Positions 51,477-61,670 of a stretch of 64,000 nt of DNA are shown here, one piece after another. The stretch comes from Limnochordia bacterium. GTDB taxonomy: Bacteria > Bacillota > Limnochordia > DTU080. The stretch spans positions 64,001-128,000 of the forward strand of contig JBMNJG010000002.1 of NCBI GenBank assembly GCA_050951545.1, written 5' to 3'. Position 1 is the first letter of the stretch, and every line of letters begins with the position of its first letter. Below the pieces are notes generated by a model. It had not been told where the DNA came from, searched no databases, and saw nothing but the letters and a program-made list of their open reading frames with translations. A program made the translations under genes and the position numbers.

Positions 51477-53918
51477 ATGGCAGTTGAATTCCCGGTCGGC
51501 AGGGTTCTACCTGTGGTCTTGGAAGAGGAGATGCGCCAGTCCTATTTGGATTACGCCATGAACGTGATCGTTGATCGCGCTCTTCCGGATGTTCGCGACG
51601 GACTCAAGCCTGTTCAACGGCGCATCTTGTATTCTATGTATGAGCTAGGTCTGCGTCCCGACCGTCCCCACAAGAAAGCGGCTCGTGTCGTCGGCGAAGT
51701 GATCGGTAAGTACCATCCCCATAGCGACACTGCGATCTACGATGCCATGGTGCGCATGGGTCAAGACTTTTCGTACCGCTACTTGCTGGTGGATGGCCAT
51801 GGAAACTATGGTAGCATCGACGGTGACCCGCCGGCTGCTATGCGTTACACTGAGTGTCGGATGTCCAAGCTAGCTTTGGAGATGCTCAGAGACATTGATA
51901 AGGATACGGTTGACTTCTACCCAAACTTCGATGAGACTCTCGAGCAACCCACTGTACTACCGAGCCGTTTTCCAAACCTCTTGGTTAACGGAGCAATGGG
52001 CATTGCCGTTGGCATGTCAACCAATATACCACCGCATAACCTCGGAGAGGTCATCGATGCTCTGATATTGCTTATCGATCAACCCGATGTGGGTATTGAG
52101 GATCTCATGAAGAAGATCAAGGGCCCGGATTTTCCCACAGGTGGGGTCATCGTCGGGCACGATGGTATTCGCGAGGCCTACACTACGGGACGAGGCCGCA
52201 TTCAGATGCGAGGACGCATCAACATCGAAACTGAGCGCAGTGGTAAACAGCGCTTGGTGATCACAGAGATCCCCTACATGGTCAACAAGTCTGTGCTGGT
52301 TGAGAAGATCGCGACCTTACACCGTGACAAGAAGGTCGAGGGCATCTCGGCCTTGCGCGACGAGTCGGATCGCCAGGGCATGCGCGTCGTCATCGAGTTA
52401 CGGCGCGACGCAAACCCTCACGTGGCAATAAACCAACTGTACAAGCATTCACCTTTGCAGGAGACCTTTGGAGTTATCTCATTAGCTCTTGTGGACAACG
52501 AACCCAAGGTGCTCAATCTGCGGCAGCTACTGGTCGAGTACTTGTCACATCAGAGGGATGTCGTGACGCGGCGTACCCGTTTTGAACTGCGAAAAGCCGA
52601 AGAACGGGCGCACATTCTTGAGGGATACCGCATAGCGCTAGATCATATCGATGAGATCATCGCCATCATTCGGGCCGCCAGTAACGATCAGCAGGCGAAG
52701 TCGCGGCTAATGCAGCGCTTTGGTTTCAGTGAGCGGCAAGTGGTCGCCATTTTGGATATGCAGCTACGTCGGCTGACCGGGTTAGAGCGCGAGAAGATCG
52801 AGCAGGAGTACAGTGAGTTGCTAAAGACGATCGCCCGTCTGCGGGCGATACTGGCTGATGAAAGCCAGTTGATGGGCGTCATTCGTGGGGAGCTTCTCGA
52901 GGTACGCCTGGCCTATGCTGACGAACGTCGCACGGAGATCGTGGCTGGCAGCGACGACATTGATATTGAGGACCTCATTGCTGAGGAAGATGTGGTGATC
53001 ACTCTAACTCATGCTGGCTATATCAAGCGTCAACCCCTGAGTTCATGGCGGAATCAGAAGCGGGGTGGGCGAGGGCTAATAGCGCTTAACACCAGGGAAG
53101 ATGACTTTGTGGAGCATCTGTTCGTGTCGTCGACCCATACGAACGTGCTCTTTTTCACCAATCGCGGCCAAGTGCACAGACTGCGCGGGCATGAGATTCC
53201 CGAATCAGGCCGCGGCGCCCGGGGTTCCGCTATCATAAACCTGATCGAGATCGATAGGGGCGAGAAGATACAGGCTACGGTACTGGTAGACGCATACGAT
53301 GACGACCGTTACCTGTTCATGGCTACTCGCCAAGGTATAGTCAAGAAAACAGTCCTTTCTGAGTACGATAGTACCTTCAAGGGCCTGATCGCCGTTAACC
53401 TTGCTGATGATGATGAACTTGTGGGTGTGGCGCTCACTGACGGCAACTGTGAGGTCATTCTGGTTACGCTGAAGGGCCAGGCCATTCGCTTCAGTGAGAA
53501 CGATGTGCGGCCGACGGGTCGGGCGACTCGTGGTGTGAAGGGTATTACGCTTGAAGAGGGCGACCACGTGGTGGGCTTTGACGTCGTCGTTCCCGATAGG
53601 GATCTGTTAGTAGCGACGACAATGGGCTACGGCAAGCGAACACCGCTCAGCGAGTATCGGGCCATCAATCGTGGTGGCAAGGGAGTACGCACCCTTCAAG
53701 TCACCCCCAAGAACGGAGGGATTGCTGGGGTAAGTGTGGTAGATGCTGCGGATGAGATCATGTTCATCACTATCGAGGGGATCATGATCCGCATGAACGT
53801 CTCTGGCATTTCTCAGACGGGGCGCTCCACGCAGGGAGTACGCCTGATGAAGCTCGAAGAGAACGATAGCTTGGTGGCCTTAGCCCACGTGATTGGGCAT
53901 GACGAGGAAGACGACTAA
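51477..53918 (+). CDS. gyrA: DNA gyrase subunit A
   Basis: [16 protein letters not shown], GyrA-box QKRGGRG, acidic tail. Confidence 0.97.
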   Translation: MAVEFPVGRVLPVVLEEEMRQSYLDYAMNVIVDRALPDVRDGLKPVQRRILYSMYELGLRPDRPHKKAARVVGEVIGKYHPHSDTAIYDAMVRMGQDFSYRYLLVDGHGNYGSIDGDPPAAMRYTECRMSKLALEMLRDIDKDTVDFYPNFDETLEQPTVLPSRFPNLLVNGAMGIAVGMSTNIPPHNLGEVIDALILLIDQPDVGIEDLMKKIKGPDFPTGGVIVGHDGIREAYTTGRGRIQMRGRINIETERSGKQRLVITEIPYMVNKSVLVEKIATLHRDKKVEGISALRDESDRQGMRVVIELRRDANPHVAINQLYKHSPLQETFGVISLALVDNEPKVLNLRQLLVEYLSHQRDVVTRRTRFELRKAEERAHILEGYRIALDHIDEIIAIIRAASNDQQAKSRLMQRFGFSERQVVAILDMQLRRLTGLEREKIEQEYSELLKTIARLRAILADESQLMGVIRGELLEVRLAYADERRTEIVAGSDDIDIEDLIAEEDVVITLTHAGYIKRQPLSSWRNQKRGGRGLIALNTREDDFVEHLFVSSTHTNVLFFTNRGQVHRLRGHEIPESGRGARGSAIINLIEIDRGEKIQATVLVDAYDDDRYLFMATRQGIVKKTVLSEYDSTFKGLIAVNLADDDELVGVALTDGNCEVILVTLKGQAIRFSENDVRPTGRATRGVKGITLEEGDHVVGFDVVVPDRDLLVATTMGYGKRTPLSEYRAINRGGKGVRTLQVTPKNGGIAGVSVVDAADEIMFITIEGIMIRMNVSGISQTGRSTQGVRLMKLEENDSLVALAHVIGHDEEDD

Positions 53919-53939
53919 GCAGAGTTTCTTGTGAGAAGC

Positions 53940-53970
53940 GAGAGGCGCTCCATAGGGGGCGCCTCTTTGT
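53940..53970 (+). terminator. Terminator after gyrA (convergent pair)
   Basis: agaggcgctcc-ata-gggggcgcctct followed by ttgt. Confidence 0.6.
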
Positions 53971-53987
53971 GCTAGGCTAGGGCCCTT

Positions 53988-55049
53988 TCATAGCGTTGCA
54001 GTGTAACATCCTTCTACCTGTCGGATCTTGACGATCTCATTCAGCCTGTCGGATTCCCGGATGGCGTCCAGAACAATCGACAGCTGCAGGGCATCTGAGG
54101 TGGCGACAGGAAAGGGCTGCTCTTCCCTGAGGGCCTTGGCGACTGCAGCGTACACCTCGTTTTCGTTGCCGTAAATACTACCAGGCACGTGTTCTTGCAT
54201 CGTCCTCGAGGGTACCTGGGCCATTGTGGAATACTGAGTGGGGTCGTCAGGTGTGGTCGGAGTGCCCTGATGCACCATCAGCCTGTTGCCTTTGACAACA
54301 ATGGTGCCGCGATCGCCCTGGATGATCCAATCGGGCAGCGGCTCAGTGGTTATGGTGTACTCTGCTTGGATGAGGCAGCCATTTGCCAGGTTGAGGACGG
54401 CAAAGAAGAGGTCTTCTGCATCACCAGGATTGATGGTCTGTTTTAGACGGCCGTAGACACTGTCTACAGGGCTTTGCATAAGAACAACCGGGGGATCGAC
54501 GATATGTGGTCCCCAGTTAAGCAGGTATCCACCACCGTAGGCCCGGCGGGTCTGCCAGTCGGAGCGGGTGCCGAAACCACCGACGATACGTCTGATGAGG
54601 AATACTTGACCCACGGTACGGCGTTGGACAAGCTGCCGGAGGCGGCGCAAGATGCATCCCCAGCGAGCGGGTAGCCATGGTAACAGTTGCTTTCCGGAGG
54701 CCTTGGCTGTAGCGATCATGAGGCGACCTTCGTCGGCATTGGTGGCCCAGGGCTTGGTGACCAAGACATTGGTCCCTGCCTGTAGGCAATCACAAGCCAT
54801 CTGACAGTGCTGATCGCTGCGCGTAATGATACATACCAGGTCCAATGCCTCGCTAGCGAGCATCTCATGGTGGTTCTCGTAGACGGAACAGCCAAAGCGA
54901 TCGGAAGCTGCTTGGCGTTGATGTGGGCTAGTGTCACATACTGCAATCAGGCGGAATCTGCTATCGCGTCCAATAGCACCCGCATGCATAGTACTCCCGC
55001 TGCGGCCATATCCTACAATGGCTGTACGAATGGGGTTATGCATGGCCAA
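53988..55049 (-). CDS. Gfo/Idh/MocA family oxidoreductase
   Basis: VGYGRSG, TKP, GGGYLLNWGPH. Confidence 0.88.
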   Translation of the reverse strand: MAMHNPIRTAIVGYGRSGSTMHAGAIGRDSRFRLIAVCDTSPHQRQAASDRFGCSVYENHHEMLASEALDLVCIITRSDQHCQMACDCLQAGTNVLVTKPWATNADEGRLMIATAKASGKQLLPWLPARWGCILRRLRQLVQRRTVGQVFLIRRIVGGFGTRSDWQTRRAYGGGYLLNWGPHIVDPPVVLMQSPVDSVYGRLKQTINPGDAEDLFFAVLNLANGCLIQAEYTITTEPLPDWIIQGDRGTIVVKGNRLMVHQGTPTTPDDPTQYSTMAQVPSRTMQEHVPGSIYGNENEVYAAVAKALREEQPFPVATSDALQLSIVLDAIRESDRLNEIVKIRQVEGCYTATL

Positions 55050-55189
55050 TCCCTGACACTCCCTACTCGTGGCGGGTCGCCGACACGCGCACGCTTCAAG
55101 TGATCGTGATAGAAGCCTTCGTCTCTGTGGGGCAGCTTCCTTCGGACAAAGGCTAGCGATTTGCGCCTCATGCTACCTGACGTACAGCC

Positions 55190-55219
55190 TTGACATTTCA
55201 GCTACCTTCGGCGTACACT
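55190..55219 (+). promoter_or_regulatory. SigA-like promoter for the CDF gene
   Basis: TTGACA-N18-TACACT. Confidence 0.6.
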
Positions 55220-55271
55220 GATGGCGATTGAGACTGCGCATGTTAGCGCATCCCCATCAGTGCAACACGAT

Positions 55272-55391
55272 GAGATCTACGAAGAACAGGCGCGCCTGCC
55301 ACAAAGACCCTATGGATAGGCGTAGCCGGGCCCTGTCTAAGGGCAGTAAGTGCTCATAGCGGCGCTTGCGGGACTGCTGATCGAATGTCTC
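55272..55391 (+). ncRNA. NiCo (czcD) metal-sensing riboswitch
   Basis: GAACAGGC...GCCGGGCC-hairpin-GGCAGTAAG...CTTGCGGGAC four-way-junction pattern upstream of a CDF exporter. Confidence 0.75.
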
Positions 55392-55431
55392 GTAAGCGCC
55401 GTTTGCGTTGTGTTCGAAAGGAGAATCTGCT

Positions 55432-56394
55432 GTGTCGGAGGAGAGCAAGCGGGTTGATCGGTTCGGTATCGGGGAGCGAGCGTCATGGGGCGCTGCGCTT
55501 GGTAACCTGGGCTTGGTCATTTTCAAGCTCGTTGCGGGCTTGCTTGGCCACAGCGCGGCAATGGTCGCTGACGCCATGCACTCTACGTCCGACATATTGG
55601 CCAGCCTAGGGGTGATTGCCAGCCTTCGTATCTCAAAGCGACCTGCGGATGAGGGTCATCCCTACGGACATGGTAAGGCCGAATCGGTAGCAGCGAAGTT
55701 GGTTGGGATAACCTTGCTTGTGGCCGGGTTCTCTATCGGGTTCTCAGCCATCAAGAGCATCCTCGCTGGGACGTATGTGAAACCAGGGATGATCGCTCTT
55801 GTGGCCGCCATTGTTTCCGTCGTGACGAAGGAGGCAATGTACCAGGTGGTCGCGGCCACTGCCCGACGCATACACAGCAGCGCCTTGCTGGCCGAAGCAT
55901 GGCATCATCGCTCCGATGCGTATTCATCGATCGGCACGGGAATCGGCATCTTCGCTGCTCGGCATGGGTGGCCTATTCTAGACCCTATCGCAGGTCTCGT
56001 CGTCGCGCTGCTTATAGCGTCCATTGGCTGGAAGACCCTTCGGAGTTCGGCACAGGAGTTGATGGATGCTCAGGTCGATGAGGAGATTCTATGCGCGCTT
56101 AGGCAGACGACTCTCGATGTGGAAGGTGTTCACGATATTCACACCATAGCGGCGCGCCGCTATGGTGGCTCATACTATGTTGACCTGCGCATCGGAGCCG
56201 ATTCACATCTGAGCCTGGAAGAAGGGCATGAGATCGCGATGCAGGTGGAGATCGCTATCAAGCGCCAGTGCGAGCGTGTTGTCGGTGTACTGGTGCATGT
56301 GGACCCTGAGAGCGTGCACCGAAATGATCCCGCGGGCGACGGCCACGCTATGTTGGGAAAACATGGCTCGAGTAGGTGTGGCACGGTGGGCTAG
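55432..56394 (+). CDS. Cation diffusion facilitator (FieF/CzcD-like)
   Basis: ADAMHSTSD, HPYGHGKAE, WHHRSD, VLVHVDP. Confidence 0.93.
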   Translation: MSEESKRVDRFGIGERASWGAALGNLGLVIFKLVAGLLGHSAAMVADAMHSTSDILASLGVIASLRISKRPADEGHPYGHGKAESVAAKLVGITLLVAGFSIGFSAIKSILAGTYVKPGMIALVAAIVSVVTKEAMYQVVAATARRIHSSALLAEAWHHRSDAYSSIGTGIGIFAARHGWPILDPIAGLVVALLIASIGWKTLRSSAQELMDAQVDEEILCALRQTTLDVEGVHDIHTIAARRYGGSYYVDLRIGADSHLSLEEGHEIAMQVEIAIKRQCERVVGVLVHVDPESVHRNDPAGDGHAMLGKHGSSRCGTVG

Positions 56395-56482
56395 AGAGGA
56401 AGAGGTATGTCACCAGGCGGCCTCGAATTTGTTCGGTGCGATTCGCTAGCGGATCGACTTTGATATCGGGGAGTCTGAACAT

Positions 56483-57745
56483 ATGCGGCGCAATTCACGA
56501 GTTGCTTTCTTGTGTCTGGTTGTGGTTGCGTGCTCCAGCTTCCTGGCCAGTGTAACCACTATGGCAGCAGGCCAGGAGATTACGCACTTCATGTACGCTA
56601 GCCACGGTGAGGCATGGAAAGAGTACCTGCACACGATGGCGGAGCGCTTTGCAAAGCAGACCGGTACCCAAGTTACAGTTATTATGAGCGATGGGGACTA
56701 TCGGTCTAAGCTGCTGGCGATGATCGCCGGGGGTACGCCACCTGATGTGACAGATGCGCACCCCGTGCTGGGCGCTCCCTTTATTCGAGACCACCTGTTT
56801 GAGGATCTGTTGCCCTACGTGAAGCGTGATAGGGTCCCCATCGACAGAATGCCGCCAGTAGGCGTGCAAGGCACCACGGCGCCAGGTGGCTATATGTGGG
56901 GCATCCCGGTCAGCATCATGCCGGTCATCACCGTCTTCAATGTTGATCTGTTTGCACAACGGGGGCTGTCTAACCCGAGGCAGTTGGGCGAGAACTGGAC
57001 GTGGGAGACCTTGCGCTCAAGTGCCCGTAGCCTGACCCGTGATACCAACGGCGATGGCGTAGCCGACAACTTCGGTACGAGCCGTATTCACTATCGCTGG
57101 GAAGCTCAGGTACACCAGGCCGGGGGTATGCTCTACGATCGGCTCGTTGATCCCAGCAAGAGCCGTTGGAATAGCCCAGAGGTACTGGCGGGGTTTGAGT
57201 TCCTCAATACACTGATGAACATTGATCGCGTGGTTTCTCCGGACTATCGTCAGAACGACATGCCCCAAGAGACGGTGGGCTTTACGGTCGTTGACGGCCC
57301 AGGTACGCCTTTCCTTTCGTCATCATGGGATGTAGCGGTGCCACCGAAGGGGCCTGGCTCGAGATCCAGCCGTGTTAACCCTGACGGGTTCCAGATCGTG
57401 GCTGCTAGTCAGAATAAAGAAGCGGCCTGGCAATGGGTTAAGTTCCTCGTAGGCACGGCGGACAATCAGCTCGAGATGAGCCGGATCACCCGGCGCATGC
57501 CTTCCCTCAAGGAAGCGATGCTACGCTACCCCAAGGTGGTTGCCGATCTTCCGGATAACTGGATGGCCTATATTGATACGGCCTTTAACCCAGATGGCTA
57601 CGCTGGCTATGTGCTGTACAATGCGAGCAGCATAGACCCCATTGTCAACGGCGCAGTAGGCAAGATATGGAATGGTCAGCAAGCACCAGCGACGGTGCTG
57701 CAGCAGATCCACGACCAGGTTTCTGCAGTGATGGCTGGTAAGTAG
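56483..57745 (+). CDS. Sugar ABC transporter substrate-binding protein (orphan)
   Basis: Signal peptide, AGGTPPDV, FNVDLF, WTWE, DTNGDG, AAWQWVKFL. Confidence 0.85.
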   Translation: MRRNSRVAFLCLVVVACSSFLASVTTMAAGQEITHFMYASHGEAWKEYLHTMAERFAKQTGTQVTVIMSDGDYRSKLLAMIAGGTPPDVTDAHPVLGAPFIRDHLFEDLLPYVKRDRVPIDRMPPVGVQGTTAPGGYMWGIPVSIMPVITVFNVDLFAQRGLSNPRQLGENWTWETLRSSARSLTRDTNGDGVADNFGTSRIHYRWEAQVHQAGGMLYDRLVDPSKSRWNSPEVLAGFEFLNTLMNIDRVVSPDYRQNDMPQETVGFTVVDGPGTPFLSSSWDVAVPPKGPGSRSSRVNPDGFQIVAASQNKEAAWQWVKFLVGTADNQLEMSRITRRMPSLKEAMLRYPKVVADLPDNWMAYIDTAFNPDGYAGYVLYNASSIDPIVNGAVGKIWNGQQAPATVLQQIHDQVSAVMAGK

Positions 57746-57781
57746 GAGTCAGATCAGCAATCTGGCTTGAGGTGTGACGCG

Positions 57782-57820
57782 CACAGAGTCCGGGGGCCTC
57801 ATAGGCCCCCGGACTCTGTG
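57782..57820. terminator. Perfect 18-bp hairpin
   Basis: cacagagtccgggggcct-cat-aggcccccggactctgtg. Confidence 0.55.
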
Positions 57821-57948
57821 GAAATGACCACAAAGCGCAGGTGATTTCGAGGACGAAACTAACCATCCAAGAGGTCGTGTTCCACTGGGGCCACGCAAAA
57901 AACTGCGGTAATCTCCCTGCGTTCGCTTGGGTTGGTGGTAAGAACCTT

Positions 57949-58916
57949 GCGATGCGGTCTTCGCGAAGCCCTTTTTGCTCATTTTGACCGCCTGAAGGGC
58001 TCATTTCTCCCCAAAAGGGCACACTTTCCCGCCTTGATTTCGCTTCTGGGGCTACCGGGCAGCACATAACCGAACGGTGGTGGTACCTTTTTCCCACTCA
58101 GTCGATTGGGTCAGCTCTCCAGTGCGCGATCACCGCGGGCTCACTCGGGTCCCTCTGCGAACCGACCCTTCGGTGTTGCCCCGGTCGGTGCATTTGGCAA
58201 ATAATGGACAGGTGCAATGGACGCGCTCGCGAAACAGGCTCGGTAGTCGGACACCAGCCGGATTGGTATGTGAGGCCGGGCGAAGGATGTGGCCGCGATG
58301 GCAAGAGAGCCGCCCCATTCACCCCCGGAGCCAGTGTACGTGGTAAAAGTGCAGCGATGCGGCCTTCGCGGAGCCCTTTTTGCTCATTTTGACCGCCCGA
58401 AGGGCTCTTTTCACCGCCTAAGGGCACACTTTCCCGCCTTGATTTCGCTTCTGGGGCTATCGGGCGGCACATAACCGAACGGTGGTGATACCTTTTTCCC
58501 ACTCAGTCGATTGGGTCAGCTCTCCAGTGCGCGATCACCGCGGGCTCACTCGGGTCCCTCTGCGAACCGACCCTTCAGTGTTAACCCGGTCGGTGTGTTT
58601 CGAAAAGGGTGGACAGATGCAATGGACGCGCTCGCGAAACAGGCCCTGCAGTCAGACACCAGCCGGATTGGTACGTGAGTCGGGGCCAAAAATCCGACCG
58701 TGATGGCAAAAGAGCCGCCTCATTAACCCCCGGGCCCAATGTACGTGGTAAAAGTGCAGCGATGCGGCCTTCGCGGAGCCCTTTTTGCTCATTTTGACCG
58801 CCCGAAGGGCTCATTTCCCCCCAAAAGAGCACGCTTTCTCGCCCTGGTGGCCCTTCTGGAGCTACTGAGCAGTACATAACCGAACAGTGGCGATAGCCTT
58901 TTCCCACTCAGCCGAT
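57949..58916. repeat. 405-bp tandem repeat, about 2.4 copies
   Basis: gcgatgcgg.cttcgcg.agccctttttgctcattttgaccgcc recurs at 57949, 58354 and 58759; no indels seen between copies. Confidence 0.92.
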
Positions 58917-58995
58917 GATCCGAGGGTGAAATGCTGTCGACTCCCAGTGGCCACCGGGTCTTAGCTGGCAATGCGCGCGCTGTCAGCGAAAGCTG

Positions 58996-59054
58996 TGGAA
59001 GGATTCTGGCCTCACGTACCGAACATCGCATCGAGACAATCGAACACATGATCG
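58996..59054 (+). promoter_or_regulatory. SigH-like promoter and degenerate LexA box
   Basis: ggaAGGAtt-N15-GAAC with the same spacing as upstream of paralog 1; CGAAC-ACAT-GATCG at 59041-59054. Confidence 0.5.
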
Positions 59055-59072
59055 TTGTGTGAGGTGAGGCCC

Positions 59073-60134
59073 TTGTACTCTCTCTATGTAGATGAGGTGA
59101 ACGTGCCGCTCTCACTGCTACTGACTCGCGAGCTAAAAGCCAGCGAGAAGATCGTTTGGATGGCCTTAACGATGGATGATCAGCTGGAGGAAAGCTTCCT
59201 TTTCTCGCCCAGCCGCCTGGGGCGGCGCACGGGTATGTCCCGGCCTACCGTTCGCAGGGCGACAGCCAAGTTAACCACCGAGGGCTGGTTTGCTCCACCG
59301 GCTAGGCGGGGACCTAGCCAGACCGCGGCACAGAAGCCATCCCCGGACAGGGTCTCCGTGCCTGTGGAGCTAGTCATGGCTACTGAAATCCATGCACAGG
59401 CCAAATTGGTTTATGCCGTACTGCTGTCCAAACCTACGGACCCACCTCGCAAAAGGCAGTTCACATACGCTGAGTTAGCCGGCCGGATGAGTCTGAGCCC
59501 CCAAACCATCAAACACGCGGCTCGTCAGTTGGCCAAGCATGGTTGGCTGGAGATGGAGCAGGCGCACAAGCGGGCACCGATTCGCTTCACTCTCCACAAC
59601 CCGGTTGATAAGCGAAATGTAAAAGAAATACTAGACGTGCAGGATGAGCTCCACCGCGCTACGCACCTCGGAGAGGCTCTCATGCAGGCTATCTTCTTGG
59701 CGCTTGTCGATTGCCTTGACTTCGACGACGGAATGCGCCCAGGTTTCATGAGGAACCCAGCAACTGGCAAGCGTCTGGAGGTCGATCTCTTCTATTACTT
59801 GCACAATACGGCCATGGAGTTCAATGGGGCGCAACACTACCGCGTCACGGAGCGGAATTCGGCTGAGCAGGTCCATAAGCAGCAATGCCGTGACCAGACC
59901 AAACAGCAGATCTGCGCTAAGAAGAAGATCAAGCTGATCGTGATTCAGACTCACGAGCTGTCCTGCAAGATCATCAAGCGCAAGATTCACAGGCGGCTGC
60001 CATTCCGGCGCGGTCAGGACTTCAACCGGAGGCTCATCAACTATCTCGAGTGTAGATGCGGTGAGTACCAGCAAAGAATAGATGAACGTGGCTGGGGAAC
60101 CGCCAGCCAATCTGAGAGAAAGCAAGACGAGTAA
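59073..60134 (+). CDS. Tandem HTH protein with C-terminal PD-(D/E)XK-like nuclease domain, paralog 2
   Basis: Collinear with 4872-5936 (FLFSPSRLGRRTGMSRPT, FTYAELA, GEALMQA, LEVDLFYY...EFNGAQHY, LINYLE); TTG start after gaggtgag. Confidence 0.78.
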   Translation: MYSLYVDEVNVPLSLLLTRELKASEKIVWMALTMDDQLEESFLFSPSRLGRRTGMSRPTVRRATAKLTTEGWFAPPARRGPSQTAAQKPSPDRVSVPVELVMATEIHAQAKLVYAVLLSKPTDPPRKRQFTYAELAGRMSLSPQTIKHAARQLAKHGWLEMEQAHKRAPIRFTLHNPVDKRNVKEILDVQDELHRATHLGEALMQAIFLALVDCLDFDDGMRPGFMRNPATGKRLEVDLFYYLHNTAMEFNGAQHYRVTERNSAEQVHKQQCRDQTKQQICAKKKIKLIVIQTHELSCKIIKRKIHRRLPFRRGQDFNRRLINYLECRCGEYQQRIDERGWGTASQSERKQDE

Positions 60135-60211
60135 TCACCCTGGGTCACCTCGTCCGTTTCATTAGGGCTCGCATCAGCCGTGCAGCCAATGTTAGTGCGC
60201 GTCCACCCGCC

Positions 60212-60430
60212 GCTGGCTACCCCATTGGCAGCGGATGCGTAGAAAGCGCCTGTAAGCAGGTTGTTGTTAGGCGCCACAAGCAATCTGGAATGCGTTGGAG
60301 CCAACTTAGGGCACAGCAGATGCCAAACGTTGCAGCATACTCCCACGGTGAACAGTGGGACGATTTCTGGGAGAGGCGGGAGGCAGCATGATTAGGAACG
60401 GGTGTTCGCCGCAATTTCGCGTGTGCACCC
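60212..60430 (+). mobile_element. ISKra4/ISLre2-family transposase 3' remnant with terminal IR
   Basis: Frame from 60212 reads AGYPIGSGCVESACKQVVVRRHKQSGMRWS...WDDFW (stop 60389-60391); ends in ...gtgtgcaccc at 60430. Confidence 0.8.
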
Positions 60431-60446
60431 GCACCCACCTCACCGG

Positions 60447-60475
60447 TTGACGACCCACGGCTGACGTGATAAACT
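60447..60475 (+). promoter_or_regulatory. SigA promoter for tRNA-Ala
   Basis: TTGACG-N17-TAAACT. Confidence 0.65.
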
Positions 60476-60488
60476 TGTGCTGTTCTGT

Positions 60489-60564
<76 letters not shown>

Positions 60565-60659
60565 CATCCGAGGCCTTGCACCACATTGCAGGGCCTCTTT
60601 CGCATTGGCTAGACCATGTTGTCTGGTGACGCCGACTCGCCAAGCCAGGCCATCGGCGC

Positions 60660-60688
60660 TTGACGCTGGTCGGTGCAGGTGCTAAAAT
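60660..60688 (+). promoter_or_regulatory. SigA promoter for tRNA-Ile/tRNA-Ala
   Basis: TTGACG-N17-TAAAAT. Confidence 0.7.
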
Positions 60689-60701
60689 AATCACATGTTG
60701 T

Positions 60702-60778
60702 GGGCTTATAGCTCAGGTGGCTAGAGCGCACCCCTGATAAGGGTGAGGTCGGTGGTTCGAATCCACCTAAGCCCACCA
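60702..60778 (+). tRNA. tRNA-Ile(GAT)
   Basis: Cloverleaf, anticodon loop ctgataa, CCA. Confidence 0.96.
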
Positions 60779-60786
60779 CAGCATAT

Positions 60787-60861
60787 GGGGATGTAGCTCA
60801 GTGGGAGAGCGCCGCCCTTGCATGGCGGAGGTCAGTGGTTCGAACCCTCTCATCTCCACCA
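60787..60861 (+). tRNA. tRNA-Ala(TGC), second divergent copy
   Basis: Cloverleaf, loop cttgcat, one T-stem mismatch, CCA. Confidence 0.92.
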
Positions 60862-60862
60862 C

Positions 60863-60897
60863 AAAAGACCCTGTGTGTGCGACAGGGTCTTTTTTTC
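60863..60897 (+). terminator. Intrinsic (probably bidirectional) terminator
   Basis: aaaagaccctgt...acagggtcttttttt. Confidence 0.8.
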
Positions 60898-60932
60898 GCG
60901 GTAGGAATAGGCAAAGCGGTCGGCCATCCTTC

Positions 60933-61670
60933 TCAACTAGCGTTTGTGCTTGATGCCATGAGTGACCGCAGGCGCGCGGCTACTCTATCGCCACCTGGCA
61001 CACAGGCGTCTGTGCCTGCTCTTCCAGAGGCCACTGCCTGGGCATACTCGGAGCAGCTGGAAAAGCCGCAGGCCTTGCAGCTGAACCCGGGAAGTGCTTG
61101 TGTGAGCAGCTCTTGGAGCGGCTGACTCTGATCGGTCTCAGCGCGCGGGATATCTGCTAAGGCGATCACTCGGTTACTGATGGCGCCGATCAATAGGATG
61201 CTGGGCACTGTCCACAGGTAGCGTAGCATCGTAAAGCGAGCCCCCAAGAAGCGAGCTTCAACCGCCAACATAGGAATCTTGATGACGGCCCAGGAGCTGA
61301 TAATAATGACCACATTGCCGATGCTTGCTCCCTTGTGCATCAGCGTCTGGGCGATGGGAAAGGCGGCGTAGATCGGTCCTGCGGAAACCGATCCGATTAC
61401 GATGGATGCTAGTTTGCCGCGCAGGCCCGAATGTACGCCGAGATTCGCGGAGATGATCTTCCGCGGTACCCATGTGGTGATAAGCGCGGTCAAAATCAAG
61501 ACTGCTGGCATCACCTGTAGCATCTCGAGCAAGTAGCTTCCAGTGAGTTTCAGCGCCTCGAGAGTGAGCTGGCTGCCCTGGGTAGTGTCGTAGACAACGG
61601 TTGCCAGGTATGCGGCGAGGGCCACAACGACAAGTCGGTTCTTTCGTTTGGCTTCCTGTTGCTTTTTCAT
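60933..61670 (-). CDS. DUF318-like permease with C-terminal RnfB-type Fe-S domain
   Basis: SAGPIYAAFP, WAVIKIPM; C-terminus LPGFSCKACGFSSCSEYA...ACVPGG. Confidence 0.75.
   Translation of the reverse strand: MKKQQEAKRKNRLVVVALAAYLATVVYDTTQGSQLTLEALKLTGSYLLEMLQVMPAVLILTALITTWVPRKIISANLGVHSGLRGKLASIVIGSVSAGPIYAAFPIAQTLMHKGASIGNVVIIISSWAVIKIPMLAVEARFLGARFTMLRYLWTVPSILLIGAISNRVIALADIPRAETDQSQPLQELLTQALPGFSCKACGFSSCSEYAQAVASGRAGTDACVPGGDRVAARLRSLMASSTNAS

Noticed and set aside
57949-58916. CRISPR array, or tandem 134-aa protein genes (58098-58502 and copies)
   Set aside because: The units are 405 bp with no short repeat/unique spacer pattern and no cas genes. The minus-strand ORF is broken by a stop in the next copy, lacks an evident RBS, and the substitutions I checked show no codon bias.
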